In this document: positions 28,983-45,851 of the stretch, one piece after another
How the letters are laid out: each line of letters starts with the position of its first letter
Numbering within the stretch: position 1 is the first letter of the stretch
Source of the DNA: the human T2T-CHM13v2.0 reference genome, Homo sapiens
Reading direction: 5' to 3' (one strand)
Length of the DNA stretch: 64,000 nt
Assembly (NCBI RefSeq): GCF_009914755.1
Contig: NC_060936.1
Made by a program: the position numbers and the translations under genes
Notes under the pieces: model-generated
What the model was told of the DNA's origin: nothing
Database searches by the model: none
Seen by the model: only the letters and a program-made list of their open reading frames with translations

Positions 28983-29239
28983 CACACCTGAAAACTGAAA
29001 GAATGTGGCTTATTTAAGCACATCTGGCTCCTGTAATTGTGTGTTGCTCTCATTGTATAATCTTACAATAAAACAGAGTGTGTTCTTAGAGAAAGCATAA
29101 TCTTCGAAGTCAGACCTGGATTCATATGTCAGTTCTACTTATAATAATAAGTAGAACTTAATAAACTGTATGACATTAAGTTAATAAACTGTATGACAGT
29201 TAATAAACTGTATGACATTTGGTCAATCTGAATTCAAAG

Positions 29240-32200
29240 TATTTATTTATTTATTTAACTTTATATTTTTAATTGACAAATAATAATTATACATATTCAT
29301 GGGGTACATATTGATGTTTCCATACATATAATGTATATTGATCAGATCAGGGTCAGAACCATATTCATCATTTCAAACATTTATAATTTCTTTGTGTTGG
29401 GAACATTCAATATCTTCCTTCTAGCTATTTGAAACTACACAATATATTATTAACTGTAATCATCCTATAGTGGTATAGAACACTACAACGTATTCCTCCT
29501 ATCTAGCTATAATTTTGTAACCTTTAACAAATATCTCCCTATTTCTCTGTTCCCCTTATCCTTCCCATCCTCTGGTATCCTCTTTTCTACTTTTCACTTC
29601 CCAGAGATAAACTCTTTTTAGCTCCCACATATGAATGAGAACATCAGTGTTTAATTATCTGTTCCTGGATTATTTCACTTAACATAATGCCCTCCAGTTC
29701 TATCAATATTGCTGTGAATAACAGGATTTCATTTCTTTTTATGGCTGAATAGTATTTCATTGTGTGTATATTCTACATTTTCTTTATCCGTTTACCAATT
29801 GATGGACACTTAGGCTGATTCCATATTTTGGTTACTGTGAATAATTTTGCAATGAACAGTAAGATGTTAGCTATAGGTTTGTCAAATAATGTGCCTTTAT
29901 TATGTTAAGATACTTTCCCTTTATACCTGATTTACTAAGAGTTTTTACCATAAAGAGATATTAAATTGTATCAAAAAATTCCTGCAACCATTGAGATTAT
30001 CATATGGTTTTTGTCCTTCATTCTATTGACTTGATATTTGATGCATATTGACTTGTGTATGCTGAACCATCATTGTGTTCTCATTATGAATCTTACTTGA
30101 TCATGGTGTATTATATTTTTGACGTATTTTTGGATTTGGCTTCTTAGTATTTTGTTGAGGGCATTTGTGTCTATGTTTATCACAGACATTGACCCATAGC
30201 TTTCCTTTTATATTGGGTCTTTGTCTGGTTTGGGTATCAGGATTATGACAGCCTTTTAAAATGAGTTAGGAAAAATTCCCTCTGCCTCAATGTTTTTGAA
30301 TAGTTTCAAAAGAATTGGTATTAATTTTTCTTTAAAAATTTGGTAGAATTCAGCAATAAATCTATCCAGTCCTGGACTTTTCTTTGTTAGAAGCTTTTTT
30401 ATTACTGATTCAATTTCATTACTTATTAGTCTATTCAAGGTTTCTATTTCTTCTTAGTTCAATCTGGGTAGGTTGCATGCATGTGTCCAGGAATTTATCC
30501 ATTTCCTCTAGGTTTTCAACTTTATTGGCATATAGTTGTTCATAGTAGTCTCTAGTGATCCTTCGAATTACTGTATTATCAACTGTAATGTCTCCTTTAT
30601 CATCTCTGATTTTATTAGGATCTTCCCTTTTTTTCCTTAGTCTAGCTAAAGGTTTGTCAATTTTGCCTCTTTTCAAAAAACATTTTGTTTTGTTTATCTT
30701 TTTATTTTTTGTCTCTATTTTATTGGTTTTTGCTTTGATCTTGTTTCTTTTCTTCTACTAATTTGGGGTTTGATTTGTTCTTGCTTTTCTAATTCCTTGA
30801 GATGCATCATTAGGTTGTTTATTTGAAGTCATTCTACTTTTTTAATGTAGGCTTTTATTACTATAAACTTTTCTCTTAGTACTATCTTTACTGTATCCTG
30901 TAGGTTTTGGTATGTTGTGTTTCCATTTTTATTTGTTTCAAGAAATTTTTAAATTTTGTTCTGAATTTTTTTCATTGACCCAGTGGTCATTCAGGGGTAC
31001 GTTGTTTAATTACCATGTATTTATACAGTTTCCAAAGTTTTTCTTAGTATTGATTTCTAGTTTTATTTCATTTGTGGTCTGAGAGGATACTGGATGACTT
31101 TGATTTTTAAAAATTTGTTGAGACTTATTTTGTGACTTCACATATGGTCTATCCTGGAGAATGTCCCATGTGCTGATGAGAAGAATGTGTATTCTGGAAT
31201 TGTTGAATAGAATGTTCTGTAAATTTTTGTTGGGTCCATTTGGTCTAAAGTTCAGTTTAAATCTCAAATGAGTTTTCCAGGCAGTTTCTCAGGTTGGGGG
31301 AACATGTGTGCATATGGTGGGTCAGGCAATTTGGGGTCTGGCTCACTGGGGTTGGGTCTACAGTGTTGTTACTATGGCCAGGAGCACAGGTGCATGGTTG
31401 CTCATCTGACCTGGGGGCATGCCCACCTGAGACAGCCCATGGAGCAGTTTCTCAGGCCCTTATTGGGGGGGCATAGGGATGTTGTGAGGGCCAGAAACCA
31501 GGACTGTTGGCCTTATTGGGGGTACAGGGCAGTGGGGTCTGGGATGTTGCGGGGTTCTTTCTCAGGTCCCAAGTATGACTGTGCAACCACTTTGCTGGCA
31601 AGGGGGTGTAACAGCTTCTTGGAAGCTCATGGGCCTCTCCTACTTGGGAAAGGGCTTTCAGCAGTTTGGCCAACCAAGGGCAGGTTCACCTTGCGTCAGA
31701 CTGGCAGATTAGTCCTCTGGCAATAGGTGCTGGGTTGGTTTCCTTGATATGCAGGACTGAATCACAGTTAGTTCTTGGCCCAGGTACCACAAAGGTTGGG
31801 TTATGGCATTCAGTCACCCATGTGGGCTTGGTGTAATGAAGATGGAGCCCCAGTGGTGGAGAGGTGCAGTGGCTATTGGCCCCCAGAGCAGGGTGAGCTC
31901 CAGAGGTGTTTCTGATCTCAGGATAGCATCACGCTGAAGCAGCTTGGCTCACAGAGGGTGAGGTGGGGATGGGGAGTGCATATCTCATGCTCTTAATTTA
32001 GGGCAATGCGTCTGTGTGAACTCCTGGCAGTTCACCAGCCACGCCATGGGCTGCCTCAGGTGGGCAGCAAACTGAACTTAGGATTTGTGAGGACTGTGTA
32101 ATTCTGTTGTAAGAACTGAAGGTGCTTTTAATGGCAATGAGGGCTGGTGGGGATCTCCTACTTAACTTTTTCCCCTCAATAGGAAGTCCCTCCTACCTTC

Positions 32201-32425
32201 AGTAGATCCCATCCAATTGGGTTGATGGGGCTGCGGAGGCTGCATGCCTCCATGCTTCCCTCCTGGACTTCCAGTTACCACAGGTGCATCTCCTTTCCCA
32301 CTGCACTCCAGCACTCTCCCTTCGACACTCCAGTCAAATCTTAGCTGTTCATTTATTGCCTTAGCCCTTTTCTTTTCGGGGAAATGAATGCCAGGCATCT
32401 CTATCAGTCATCTTGCTGACATCCA
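29240..32425 (-). mobile_element. L1MA-type LINE-1 retaining both ends but with two large internal deletions (junctions ~29857 and ~31267)
   Basis: L1MA 3'UTR 29240-29857; ORF2 remnants ([19 protein letters not shown]; DKFLDT) 29858-31267; GC-richer 5'UTR 31268-32425 ending in a YY1-like GTCATCTTG. Confidence 0.8.
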
Positions 32426-33419
32426 GTCAATTTTGTAGATCTAGAAAACATTGATACCACTTCCCCATAACAACTTTTAGGATTAAACACTATTTATTTA
32501 TAGTATCTGGCATTTACAATGACTTTTATGATTACAGATTCTCTGTTCTTCTCTTAGGTTTTATGCTTTATAATTTAAAATATGTTTCTGCCTTCTAACA
32601 TTCATGTTAATTGGGTAGGTCTGTTTACTTGCTGTCTACCTCTATCATCAATTATTTGAGAACTGAGAGCTGTTATTCAGCTTAGATGGCACCTAAAATT
32701 ATTTTCAAATCTTTAACACTTATAATTAACTCTCTCTTAATTTTTGACCTATCTAAAGAGCAGGTATTTTAGAATCCATTTTGTTTGATGTGAACTAGCC
32801 CCTAGTTATATAAATTGATCCAATAATACTGTTTTCCAATAATTTGTAACGGAAGAGGGACAGAGAGAATGAGAGATGTGGATTGGGTGGTAAATATCTG
32901 ACAATATTTGATTCTATGATATTTCTATAATGTATGTTTCTTGTTTTCACTGAAACAATACTGCATCCTGTCACTAAAACCCACTTTCCTGTATAAGCTA
33001 GCCTATATTTTTACATTCACCACAAAAAGATTTCAAGATTCCTAAAAAAATTAAAAGTTGTCTAGACTAGAATTTTGATAACAACAACAATAAAAATCTC
33101 CCCCTAAAAATTCTGCAAGTCCTGCTATCATATAAGTTTAGGGTGTGGATTTCCACATTCTTCTTGGTATGGTATTTTTAAAATCTCATAGGTGCACGAA
33201 ATAAGCAAATATATTCAAGTGAGGCTTCATAGGGTTTCCACAGGTAAATTTCTGATGAAAATAAGCATAGTATGCAAATTTACATAATAGACGAGGAAAA
33301 TAAAACATTGTGAGTGGGAGTCAGTGGAAGCTATAGCTATGTTAATTATATTCCTGAAAACTTTGGATACTAAAATTATTAGTTGAAAATTATTAAATAT
33401 GTATTTTAAATAATTATAC

Positions 33420-34200
33420 ACATAATAATACTGTCAGAAGGAAATCTATAGAAAACAACACCAGGCAACTTTGGAAGAATCCAAAGATCTTGTAGAAATT
33501 GAAAATGCAATAATTGACATAAAAATAAACTTCAATGGGTTGATTAAATACTAGACTAGACATTGTTAAAGAGATAATTGGTAAAATGGAAGTTAGCAAT
33601 GAAAAAATTATCTGGAATGTGGAAGGAGGAAATAAATGTTTTGTGAATAGGCATTAAGAACTCTAAAAGATAGTGTAAAGATATCAAGTGAAAAGCAACA
33701 AATGAGTAAGGGAGAGGCAAATTTTGAAGAAAAAATAGCTAACAAATATATAGAACTAATGAAGAATATCAAATTTCAGATCACAAAGTATAAATACATT
33801 TATTGTATTTTCCCTGACAATGAAACAAAATCAAATTTATACTTTGACATATCATAATGAAACTGAAGAATGCTAAAAACAAGAAGCAACCAAAGAGAAA
33901 AGACAAATTACAAGAAAAAAATTGATAACAATTTTATAGATGACAGAATACAGCAGCAACAAGAGAATTCAAAAGACAAATTGTACCTTCTAGTGATTGA
34001 AATAAAATAATAGTTAACCTAGTATTTTATAGCTAGCTAAACGATCATCAAAAAATAAGAATGAAATAGAAACATTTTCAGACACATAAGAATTGTGGAA
34101 GTTTACCCTCATCAGACACTCACTGAAAAAAATTATTTTTAGGAATGCATTTCAAGAAGAAAATTGATTCCACAAATAGGCAGATATGCAAGAAAGGCAC
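33420..34200 (+). mobile_element. Very old L1M ORF1-region fragment
   Basis: A-rich coiled-coil-like coding remnant (AGACTAGACA..AAAGAGATAATTGGTAAA.TGGAAG; GAAACATTTTCAGACA). Confidence 0.6.
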
Positions 34201-35286
34201 TATCTCTGCCTGGAGTCAGCTCTGATTCATAACGGTTGCTCGAATTATTAGAAAACTAATACATCATTTTTACATATGACTTTAAATTAAAATATGGTTA
34301 TTGCAGCACAAATTTTAGAATGAAAAGAGTGTATCACAATTTAAAAGTAATTATCAGATTCTGAAATTTTCAAAAAAACTACAAATAAGACCAAATAAAA
34401 TTTCTTTTTTCCATGCTGGTTAAGTTTTTGGTTCCTTAATGTGGATAAACTGGAGCTTCATATGAGAACTTGTTTTATATCTTCTTTGTATTTTTGTCTC
34501 ACATGCACACACAAAAGAGTCTTCAGGTACTGTCAATTCTTTATAGTTTTAAGAACATTATCTGGCCACAATTTGTGTCAACATCAAATTCATAACATCT
34601 GAATGAATACTCCTATTTAGTAGGCAATAATAAACATTCAAATCAGAATTCTAGGAAGTTGTAATATGTGTTAATTTATTTTATAATTAAAGAACAAGAT
34701 ACTTCTGAGCAATCTCTTCTATATTCCTGTCAAATTCTTTGTCTAAATCACTAAACAGAACAAGACAGAGTCAATGCTTTTATGCCTTATATTTTCTGAA
34801 TCTTTCCTATTCAACATGATTCCTCAAGGATTATATTTGGTGCCTTCCTTCTGAAATCACCTCACTGCCCTAACATGATATTCAGCTAGAGAAGGTCAAG
34901 ACACAACTTATTTGAGCAGCTAAACTAATTACTTCTCACATTTGCTGAATGGATTTTTTTTTTTCAGTTTGAAAATCAGTTATCTTAAGGAAAAAAAGTT
35001 TCTTTATCTCTTGGATATTCATTAATACTCTTCCCTTGGCCAGCCCTAGGCCTAAAATTCTCTTTATCTTCTTAATGCAAATCTAAATATAATGGTCTTT
35101 CTAATTTTTCTGAACATTTTTGGAAGCATCAGCTCATTTAAATTGTTATTCTTCCTGACACTATTCTTAAAATTTGTTCTTAAAACTTTATATAGACTAA
35201 AAGTTTACATCAAGAGAAATTTCATCTGTCCATTCATGCCTTACTTGGATCCTTTGTATAGTCCATCTTATCAAGAAAATGCTCAG

Positions 35287-35467
35287 TGTGATATGCAAAA
35301 TGACCCCCATAAAGATGTTCGTGCCCTTTTACATTGCAAAAGGGACTTTGCAGATATAATTAAAGTTACATATCTCATAATAGGGCAATTACCTTGGATG
35401 ATCTATGTGTACCCAATCTAATCACATGAGCATTTAAAAGCAGAGGGTGTTTTCCTAGATAAAAATG

Positions 35468-35499
<32 letters not shown>

Positions 35500-35881
35500 G
35501 AAGTCAGAGAGAGTTAACATTATGGGAGGGACTCAATCAGCTATTGCTGGAGAAAGTGACATGGAAAGCATCAGAATGATGATAGGCAAACTCTAGGAGC
35601 AAAGGACAACCCTGTCCTGGCTGATGGCTAAGAAAGAAATGGGGAAATTAGTCTTATAAACTCAAGGAAATGAATTGGGTCAACAACCTAAATGAGATCT
35701 AAATAATATCTTAGTCCAGAAAAAACATTAATTTTGGCCTTGTTAGGCCTTGAGCAGATAATTCAGCTTAGCCACACTGTGTCCAGGCTTTTGAACCACA
35801 AAACTGAGATAATAAATGGGCATTGTTTGAAACCACTGATTATGTGGTAATTTGTTATAGCAGGAATAGAAAATTAATACC
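35287..35881 (+). mobile_element. MaLR solo LTR (MLT1E-like) with an internal ~28-nt poly(A) at 35472-35499
   Basis: GCAAAAGGGACTTTGCAGAT, CCCAATCTAATCACATGAG, GAGATAATAAATGGG..GTGGTAATTTGTTA..AATAGAAAA.TAATAC. Confidence 0.78.
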
Positions 35882-36454
35882 ACTCACAATTCTCCTCCCT
35901 TGTAGAGCCCATCTCATGGAAGTGAGCCTGTCTTTTCCCTTACTTTTATTAAGTTGGCCTTCAGAATATCTAAATTATATATCAGCACAACCCAGGCATC
36001 CTCTTATCTCTTCTCTGACTTCCAAAATGGCATTATTTCTCTTCCTCGAGGCTTTCCATCTCTCCTGTTATACCAATTCTTTTCAGGAAAGGGTCAAAAT
36101 TAGAATAGTAGTTTCTGTATTTGTTCTCCCTGTCTCCTGGGAGATGAAATCATCAGCAAGGCAAGTCCAGAACTTGTCAGATACTCTGATTTTAGCCAAC
36201 CGAGACTTCCAGCAGATGTCCAGAAAGTCTTTCATTTTGCCTCCGTGCCAGTTCTGTAGTTTGTGTCAGGAACACATCATCCATTCCCTCCATCTGTTAG
36301 TCTGTCACCTTCAAATTTAAAAATTATAAAGAAGCAACATTTATGTAGTTGGCTCTGGGATGATACTAATGTTACTTTGGTGCATCTCTCTTTTTACATT
36401 CTCACAAATGTTGCCTTTGAAGTCATTTTTAAGTATATATACATATATATATGT

Positions 36455-39485
<3,031 letters not shown>

Positions 39486-39849
39486 GAAGTCATTTTAATG
39501 TTATTATAGAGACCTGGAATTTGCTAGCTCATTAGCCTGCTTGTCTGGCTGTGGGACCTCAATCCCTCTTCTGGGTTAACTTTGCTTTCCCTGACATTTC
39601 TAGGAGAATTCAAAGCTATCTCTAACACATTTAGGAATCTGTCCTAATTACTTCTGATCATGATGCTTTGACTTTAATTTTAATTACCACTATTGACTCT
39701 CTATTTAGACAGCCTGATTCTCTCTGCCACTCTACTCATTTGCTGGCCAATTCCCAGAGCACTACACAAGGCTTCCACAGCTTGACCACTTCTTCTGCAA
39801 AGTCTATAGCTAATATTGTAGTCCATAGTATACAGCAGTTTGTAGTCTA

Positions 39850-40038
39850 ATCTAGTACCTAACGGACACATATATCTATTAAATTTAAATTTAAATACAT
39901 TAAAATTCAAAATTCACTTCCTCAGTTGTACTAACCACATTTCAGCTACTCAACTCAATTATTGCCAGTGGCTACCACATTGGACAGCACAGGGTAACAC
40001 TCACAGTTTGTTGCAGTAAGTTCTATTCAATAGTGTTG
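39850..40038. mobile_element. hAT-Charlie MITE (MER3-like)
   Basis: CACATTTCA..CTCAA..GTGGCTACCACATTGGACAGCACAG..TTGCAG.AAGTTCTATT. Confidence 0.7.
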
Positions 40039-40994
40039 GTCTATAGAGAAGTATCCTCCTCCTCTACATTCTATTCCTTTACAGGGATCCCCAGAAAGCT
40101 ATTATACAAGGATTAGAAAGTACAGAAGGGCTTAAATGTTTGCTTATGATTGCTAGCTTTCGAGTATTACAACAGAAAAAGGGAATCAGATTTCCTCCTA
40201 TATGGGGGAATTTTCCTAAATAGATAGTTCTTTATCTTTGCAGAAAATATAAAAATCAAGCCATACTAATGACCAGTATTCACACTGTTGAGTGTACACC
40301 ATCTCAAAATACATCATGAATCAAAAGGAAACTCATTAGCACCTGGCTGGGAATATTCTGTTTTATTAAATTTTTGTTTCTAAGTAAAATATGTTGCTGG
40401 ATAAAAGTAGTTAAAACTTTTCTCTGCCTGGATATTAGGAAACAATCTGGCACTTCCCACCAATGCCACATCCCTCCCCATATCTCTTCTGATATAACAT
40501 CTTCAGGAAATGTGACAGGTGAAAACTCAATCTGCTCTACTGATAAAGAACAGAGAAACACGCAAAAAAGGACTAAGGCTTTGTTACGGAATAGGGAAGC
40601 TGCATCTTTTGTTGTATACATCACACTCAAAGGACTTCTTGAAACCAAACCATATTTCTCTGACTCTTCCTGCAATAGATTAAATGGGTATGCAATTAGC
40701 TGAGCCGACAAGCCATTTACATTGTGTTCTTGGAACTACAGATACTCCAAAGAAGAAGTATGCCTAAATTTGTGATAGCCTCCCAACCACCTAAGAATAA
40801 GTGTGGGAAATGGGAATCTGGGTCATTGGTGCCATCTCTGCCTATTCTATTTGTCCACACTAATGAGTGTTTGCCTTTTGTCTATTTTAAAATGTTTAAT
40901 TTGATTTGGTTAAGTTAGTGAACTAGTAAAATAGACTTGAAGATATTGACATTAACCCACAGAAGATATTCTGCTTCAAGAAGTAATTTAGGTA

Positions 40995-41510
40995 CTGCTG
41001 TGAAGGGATTTTGCTGAAATAATTAAGAACTTAAACCTTAAAATAAACAGATTAGGTCTGGGCGGGCCTGGGCCAATTGCATGAATCCTTTAAAAGCAGA
41101 AAGTTTCCTTCAGCTCACTGGAGAAGGGAAAGTCAAAGAAATTCCAAAAGACAAAGATTCAGGACTCGAGAATTTTTGTTGCTGGAGGGGGCTATGTGTC
41201 AAGGAAGCTGGGTGGCCTCTAGGAGCTGAGAGTGACCCCTGACTGAGAGCTAGGAAAGGAAAAGGAGAAGTCAGTCCTTTAACAACAAAGAATTTAAACA
41301 AGAATGAGAGTGAAAACGTATTTTTCCCCAGAGCCTCCAGAAAATAAATCAACCTGGCTGACAACCTGATTTCAACCTGTGAAACCTGGAAGAGACAATT
41401 TGGCCATGATGTCCTGCATTTCTGACCCCATGGAACTGTGAGTTAATAAATGGGTGTCGTTTTAAGGTACTAAGTTTGTGGTCATTTGTCATACTGCAAT
41501 GGAAAATATA
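40995..41510 (+). mobile_element. MaLR solo LTR (MLT1E-like)
   Basis: CTGCTGTGAAGGGATTTTGC, GGCCTCTAGGAGCTGAGAG, GAACTGTGAGTTAATAAATGGGTG..TAAGTTTGTGGT. Confidence 0.78.
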
Positions 41511-41767
41511 GTGAGATAATACCATTACTTCTATGTAGTCTCTGTCCTATCCAGAGTGCACAGATCAGTTTAGTTCAAGTAATAGCTACTGGCCTCCTCA
41601 AAAGTGTTCAATTCTCAATCAGGCTCACACGAAACAAGTCTTAGTCTGCACCAAGCTTTACTACCAACTCACAAAGAATGAAAGAAAGGAGCCACAATTA
41701 ACACCAAATCAAAATCTTTGATGCCATGATTCAATCAGATTAAGGTTTCTAAAATAACTCCATTCTT

Positions 41768-42357
41768 CTTTATTATTATTTGTGCAAATGTGTGAGTTAT
41801 ATGAGAATTTTTTTACATGTATATCATGAGTAGTGATCAAGTCAAAGTATTTAGGGTATCCATCACCCAAAGCATGTATTGGTATACAAATAGAAACATC
41901 GACCAATTGAACAGAGTAGAGAACCCAAAACTAAAGCCACATATTTACAGCCATCTGATCTCTGACAAGGCCATCATAAACTTACATGGGGGAAGGGACA
42001 CCCTCTTAAATAAATTGTGCTGGGAATATTAGATAGCTATGTGCAGAAGAATGACACTGGGTCTCTATCTCTACCATATTTACAAATGAACTCAAAATGG
42101 ATCAATGACTTACATGTAAGACTTAAAACCATAAAAATACTAGAAGAAAATCTAGGGAAAACTCTCCTGTGCATTGCTTTAGACAAATAATGTATGACTA
42201 AGAACTCAAAAGCACAGACAACAAAAACAAATATATACAAATGGGACTTAATAAAACTAAAATGCTTCTGCTCAGCAGAAGAAATAATAGACAACTATCT
42301 AATGGGAGAAAATGTTTGCAAAATATTCATCCAATAGGAGACTAACATCCAGAATAC
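41768..42357 (-). mobile_element. Short L1MA-type insertion with 5' inversion: ~100 bp 3' end on - (41768-~41870) plus ORF2 piece on + (~41870-42357)
   Basis: TAGTGATCAAGTCA..GTATTTAGGGTATCCATCACC (3' end); WYTNRNIDQLNRVENP..LNKLCWE (ORF2); TSD actccattctt / actcccattctt. Confidence 0.8.
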
Positions 42358-43980
42358 ACTCCCATTCTTGAGTGCATTTTGAGTTTGATAGACCAGCTCT
42401 ATGTCCATTACAAATTTTACAGGAAAGCTACTTAGTTTGGGGTTCTTACCAATCATGTAGCTACAAAGATTATGCAATTAACTTCTATTCCCTAGGACAG
42501 ATGTCTTATAAATCCATAAAATTGTAGGCTTATTTATAAGTCCCAAACTTGGAGAAGACATTCATTTACTTCTTAGCTGGTGAATTCCATCAGTATATTC
42601 ACAAGAAGATGTAGTCTAGTCAAAATTGCCTGACCTGAGGAAAATGGGAGAAACTGAGTTACAGACTCAGTTTTCCTCTAGCTCCCAATTATAGTCAAAA
42701 CAACTGCTTTTCTTTGATGCTAAGATTTTTTTTTCTTTTCAAAGAATTATTTTTCCAGTGTCAAACAGTCCATTCCACCTCTACCTCATTACAATTTGGA
42801 CTCCAATGCCTCCCTCTGCCTCAATTGACCTGTAATACTTTCATAGCCAAATCTACAAGCTAAGTACTGAAAAAGTCAAGGCTTATTTTGTTTTAATTTG
42901 TTTTGTGGTGGTCATTTGCTACAAAAACTAGTCCCATGAAGATTAATGGATATGAAATATATACTCATATTAAAAGGAGAGTGTATCCACATCTGTGTAT
43001 TAGTAACAGCCCTCGTCAATTCAGGCATCCTACATATGTTTGCGTATGTCTTCCTGACGTAACTTCCTTTTTACTAGTCCTAATTGCTTATTTCCATTCT
43101 GAATCCACTTCAACAACTCTTCAGAACATCAGTAATGTTGCATGTTATGCAATAATCTCATGTTTAGTTTATTTATTATCCATATGCTAAAAATTGGTAT
43201 ATAATAGACATCAGAAACCACAAGTTTTATTTTTTAGCCTCTTCTAAATAGTTTGTGTTTAATAGCCAGTCTTTCTATTCTTCATGGAATTCCTGAAGTA
43301 GTCAACACTTTTTTTAATCTTATAATTTGGGTCTCTCTTCTGTATTCAGTTTTGTGTATCTTTGGACAAGTCATGTAGTCTTCAGGCAAATAGAAAACAC
43401 ATTCTTCGTGGTTCTTATGAGGTGAGCTTATTTCTTAGTCAAATATTTGCGCAGCTGATAATATGACTCAGATTCCAAACGTTCCTTTTCAGTGCCACCT
43501 GAGATACCTGAATTTACTTGAAAACATCGCTGTTCCCTTGCAGAAGTTAAATTTTCTGTTCAAAATCAAATGACACAGTATTCTAAGATTTTAGAAATTC
43601 CTCTTCTAGGAGTAAAACATGTCTTTACAAATTAGCAGCAAAGAACAGCATACACCTGATTAAATTGAATAGCAGCAGGTTGTAATCCCATATTAAACAC
43701 ATACATCTCCCAGTGAATCACATTAGGTCTATAATCCTCAGTAGGGAGTCAAAACCAACCTTCATGTCTTTTCAGAACCCATAGTAGATTCCTGGAAGCA
43801 TTAGAATTCAGGGTATTTATTACACTATGTCATTGTTTTTCCCAGAAATCTGGCTTTTCTGCAATAGGATATGCTTATTGATTTCAGAGCTCCAGTAGAA
43901 TAGTTTATTGCTCCACTTCCTGCTCATATCAGTCTTCTAAACTGTGTAACTGTGTTAATTGTGTTTTGATTTCCAAATAT

Positions 43981-44032
43981 TTCTCATCCTTATTTCACTT
44001 AGTATTTTCTCATCCTTATTTCACTTAGTATT
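43981..44032 (+). repeat. Perfect 26-bp tandem duplication TTCTCATCCTTATTTCACTTAGTATT x2
   Basis: Read directly. Confidence 0.93.
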
Positions 44033-45851
44033 TTCATCTTGTCACAATTGACACAATAAGCGTTATATGTATTAATTAGAAAGCTACAGTTTTTTCTCCT
44101 TTTTATTCCTGAGTCACCCATCTCTAGTCTCTGAATGCTTGAAATGGATTTTTATATATTAAATTCCCTTAGACTCTCATTCAATTTCCTTTTTCTCTAG
44201 TGGTTACTTGACTGTATGGGAGCCATCATGTTTGGCAGAATAAACATTTACCTTAGGATCAAAACTACACAGGCCTGATATTTTGTACAAATGTGGCCCT
44301 GCCCAAGTCATAGTGGTTTTGATAATTTCTCTTAAAAAAATGAAATAATTTCTACACTTCAGAATTGTTTTGAGACAAAATAAGACAATGTATGTAATTT
44401 TTGAAACATAACACAATGTAGAAATCTTTGGCATTCATAATTTAGTAACTTCTTATTCATTCATTTATTCATCCATTTATATATTTAAATATATACATTA
44501 AATTCTATATAATTTTCTTTTCACTCTAGTGTGAGCAGGTATTTGGGACTTTGATACTTCTTTGTCTTAGAAATTTTTCTTCATTGAAATATAAACAATT
44601 AAAAACAGTGTTTTTTGTATTTTAATCAATAGCCTATTTCATTAAAACTATTATACTGTAAAAGAGCATAAAAATAAAAGAAGATATTTCCCAGAGACTA
44701 AATAAAGTTGGAGACTGGAGGGGGAATTTCATCCCTACATATCTGAGAGTAGTAGGCTGGGAGGTTGGTAAAACTCTGAAGAAAAGCTTCTATTATACAC
44801 CTAAAGAATTGGCACCTAGTGAGCTCCCACTGTTACTAACAATTTCTAATCTTTAAAGGTAATTTTTAAAAATTAGAGGAGCCCATGTAGGCTGGAACAA
44901 TAAGCAGTGTACCTTAATAAGCCTTTAAAGAAAGCGGGAATCTTGACACTGCATTGGACTATGAAAACATTCTATACCTTGGAAAAGAGAAAGTTCCAGT
45001 AATGACTAAGAAAGTGTGTCCATAACTTAGGAAGATAAGCGGTTAGACCTAGATTCAGTTATTAAAAAATAAATGTTAATTTTCTTTTAAATATGCTATG
45101 TTTCTATTGTATGTATTAGTCAATCAAAAACTATTTTGAGTTTTTTAACTGATTAATATATACAGTACAACATAGCATATGTCCTACAACTCTAGACCTG
45201 TATTTTTGTCTGCCTAAGACTTCACTGAGCTAGAGTATTCAAATGACATTACATCATCTGACTGCTTTTGAGGATCATTCCTCCTGGATTCTACAATAAA
45301 TTTCAGGATAAACCTCTAGTTGGGTAGGCTCTTTGCTCCTGTTTAATGCTTAAACAAATATATTCCACAACCATATTATGGAATACTGTAATTCCATGCA
45401 AAATAATTATTTTGAAAACAATTTGATGATAGGAAATGCTGAAGATTTATTTATTTATTAATCTTTATTAGCTATTTAATCTCAGGTAATTAATTTTTTC
45501 ATTATTATTTCAATAGGTTTTGGGGGAACAGGTAGTGTTTGGTCACATGAATAAGTTCTTTAGGGGAGATTACAGAGATTTCTCCCAAACAGTGTACACT
45601 GTCTCCAATGTGTAGTCTCTTATCCCTCACCCCCCTCCCACCCTTTCCCCCAAGCCCCCAAAGTCCATTGTATTATCCTTATGCCTTTGTGTCCTCATAG
45701 CTAAGCTACTACTTGTTAGTAAGAACTTAAGATGTTTGATTTTTCCATTCCTGAGTTACTTTACTTAGAATAACAGTCTCTAAATCCATCCAGGTTGCTG
45801 AGAATGCCATTATTTCATTTCTTTTTATGGATAAGTAGATATATTCCATGG

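Noticed and set aside
29158-29217. Three direct repeats with short linkers as a mini-CRISPR
   Set aside because: Linkers are 1-5 nt; it is a local duplication scar in a MIR
34200-34930. Possible old hAT-type DNA transposon
   Set aside because: Only faint motif resemblance; TIRs and TSD could not be established
35823-36320. 165-aa ORF
   Set aside because: Non-ATG start inside an MLT1E LTR end; no recognisable domain or exon structure
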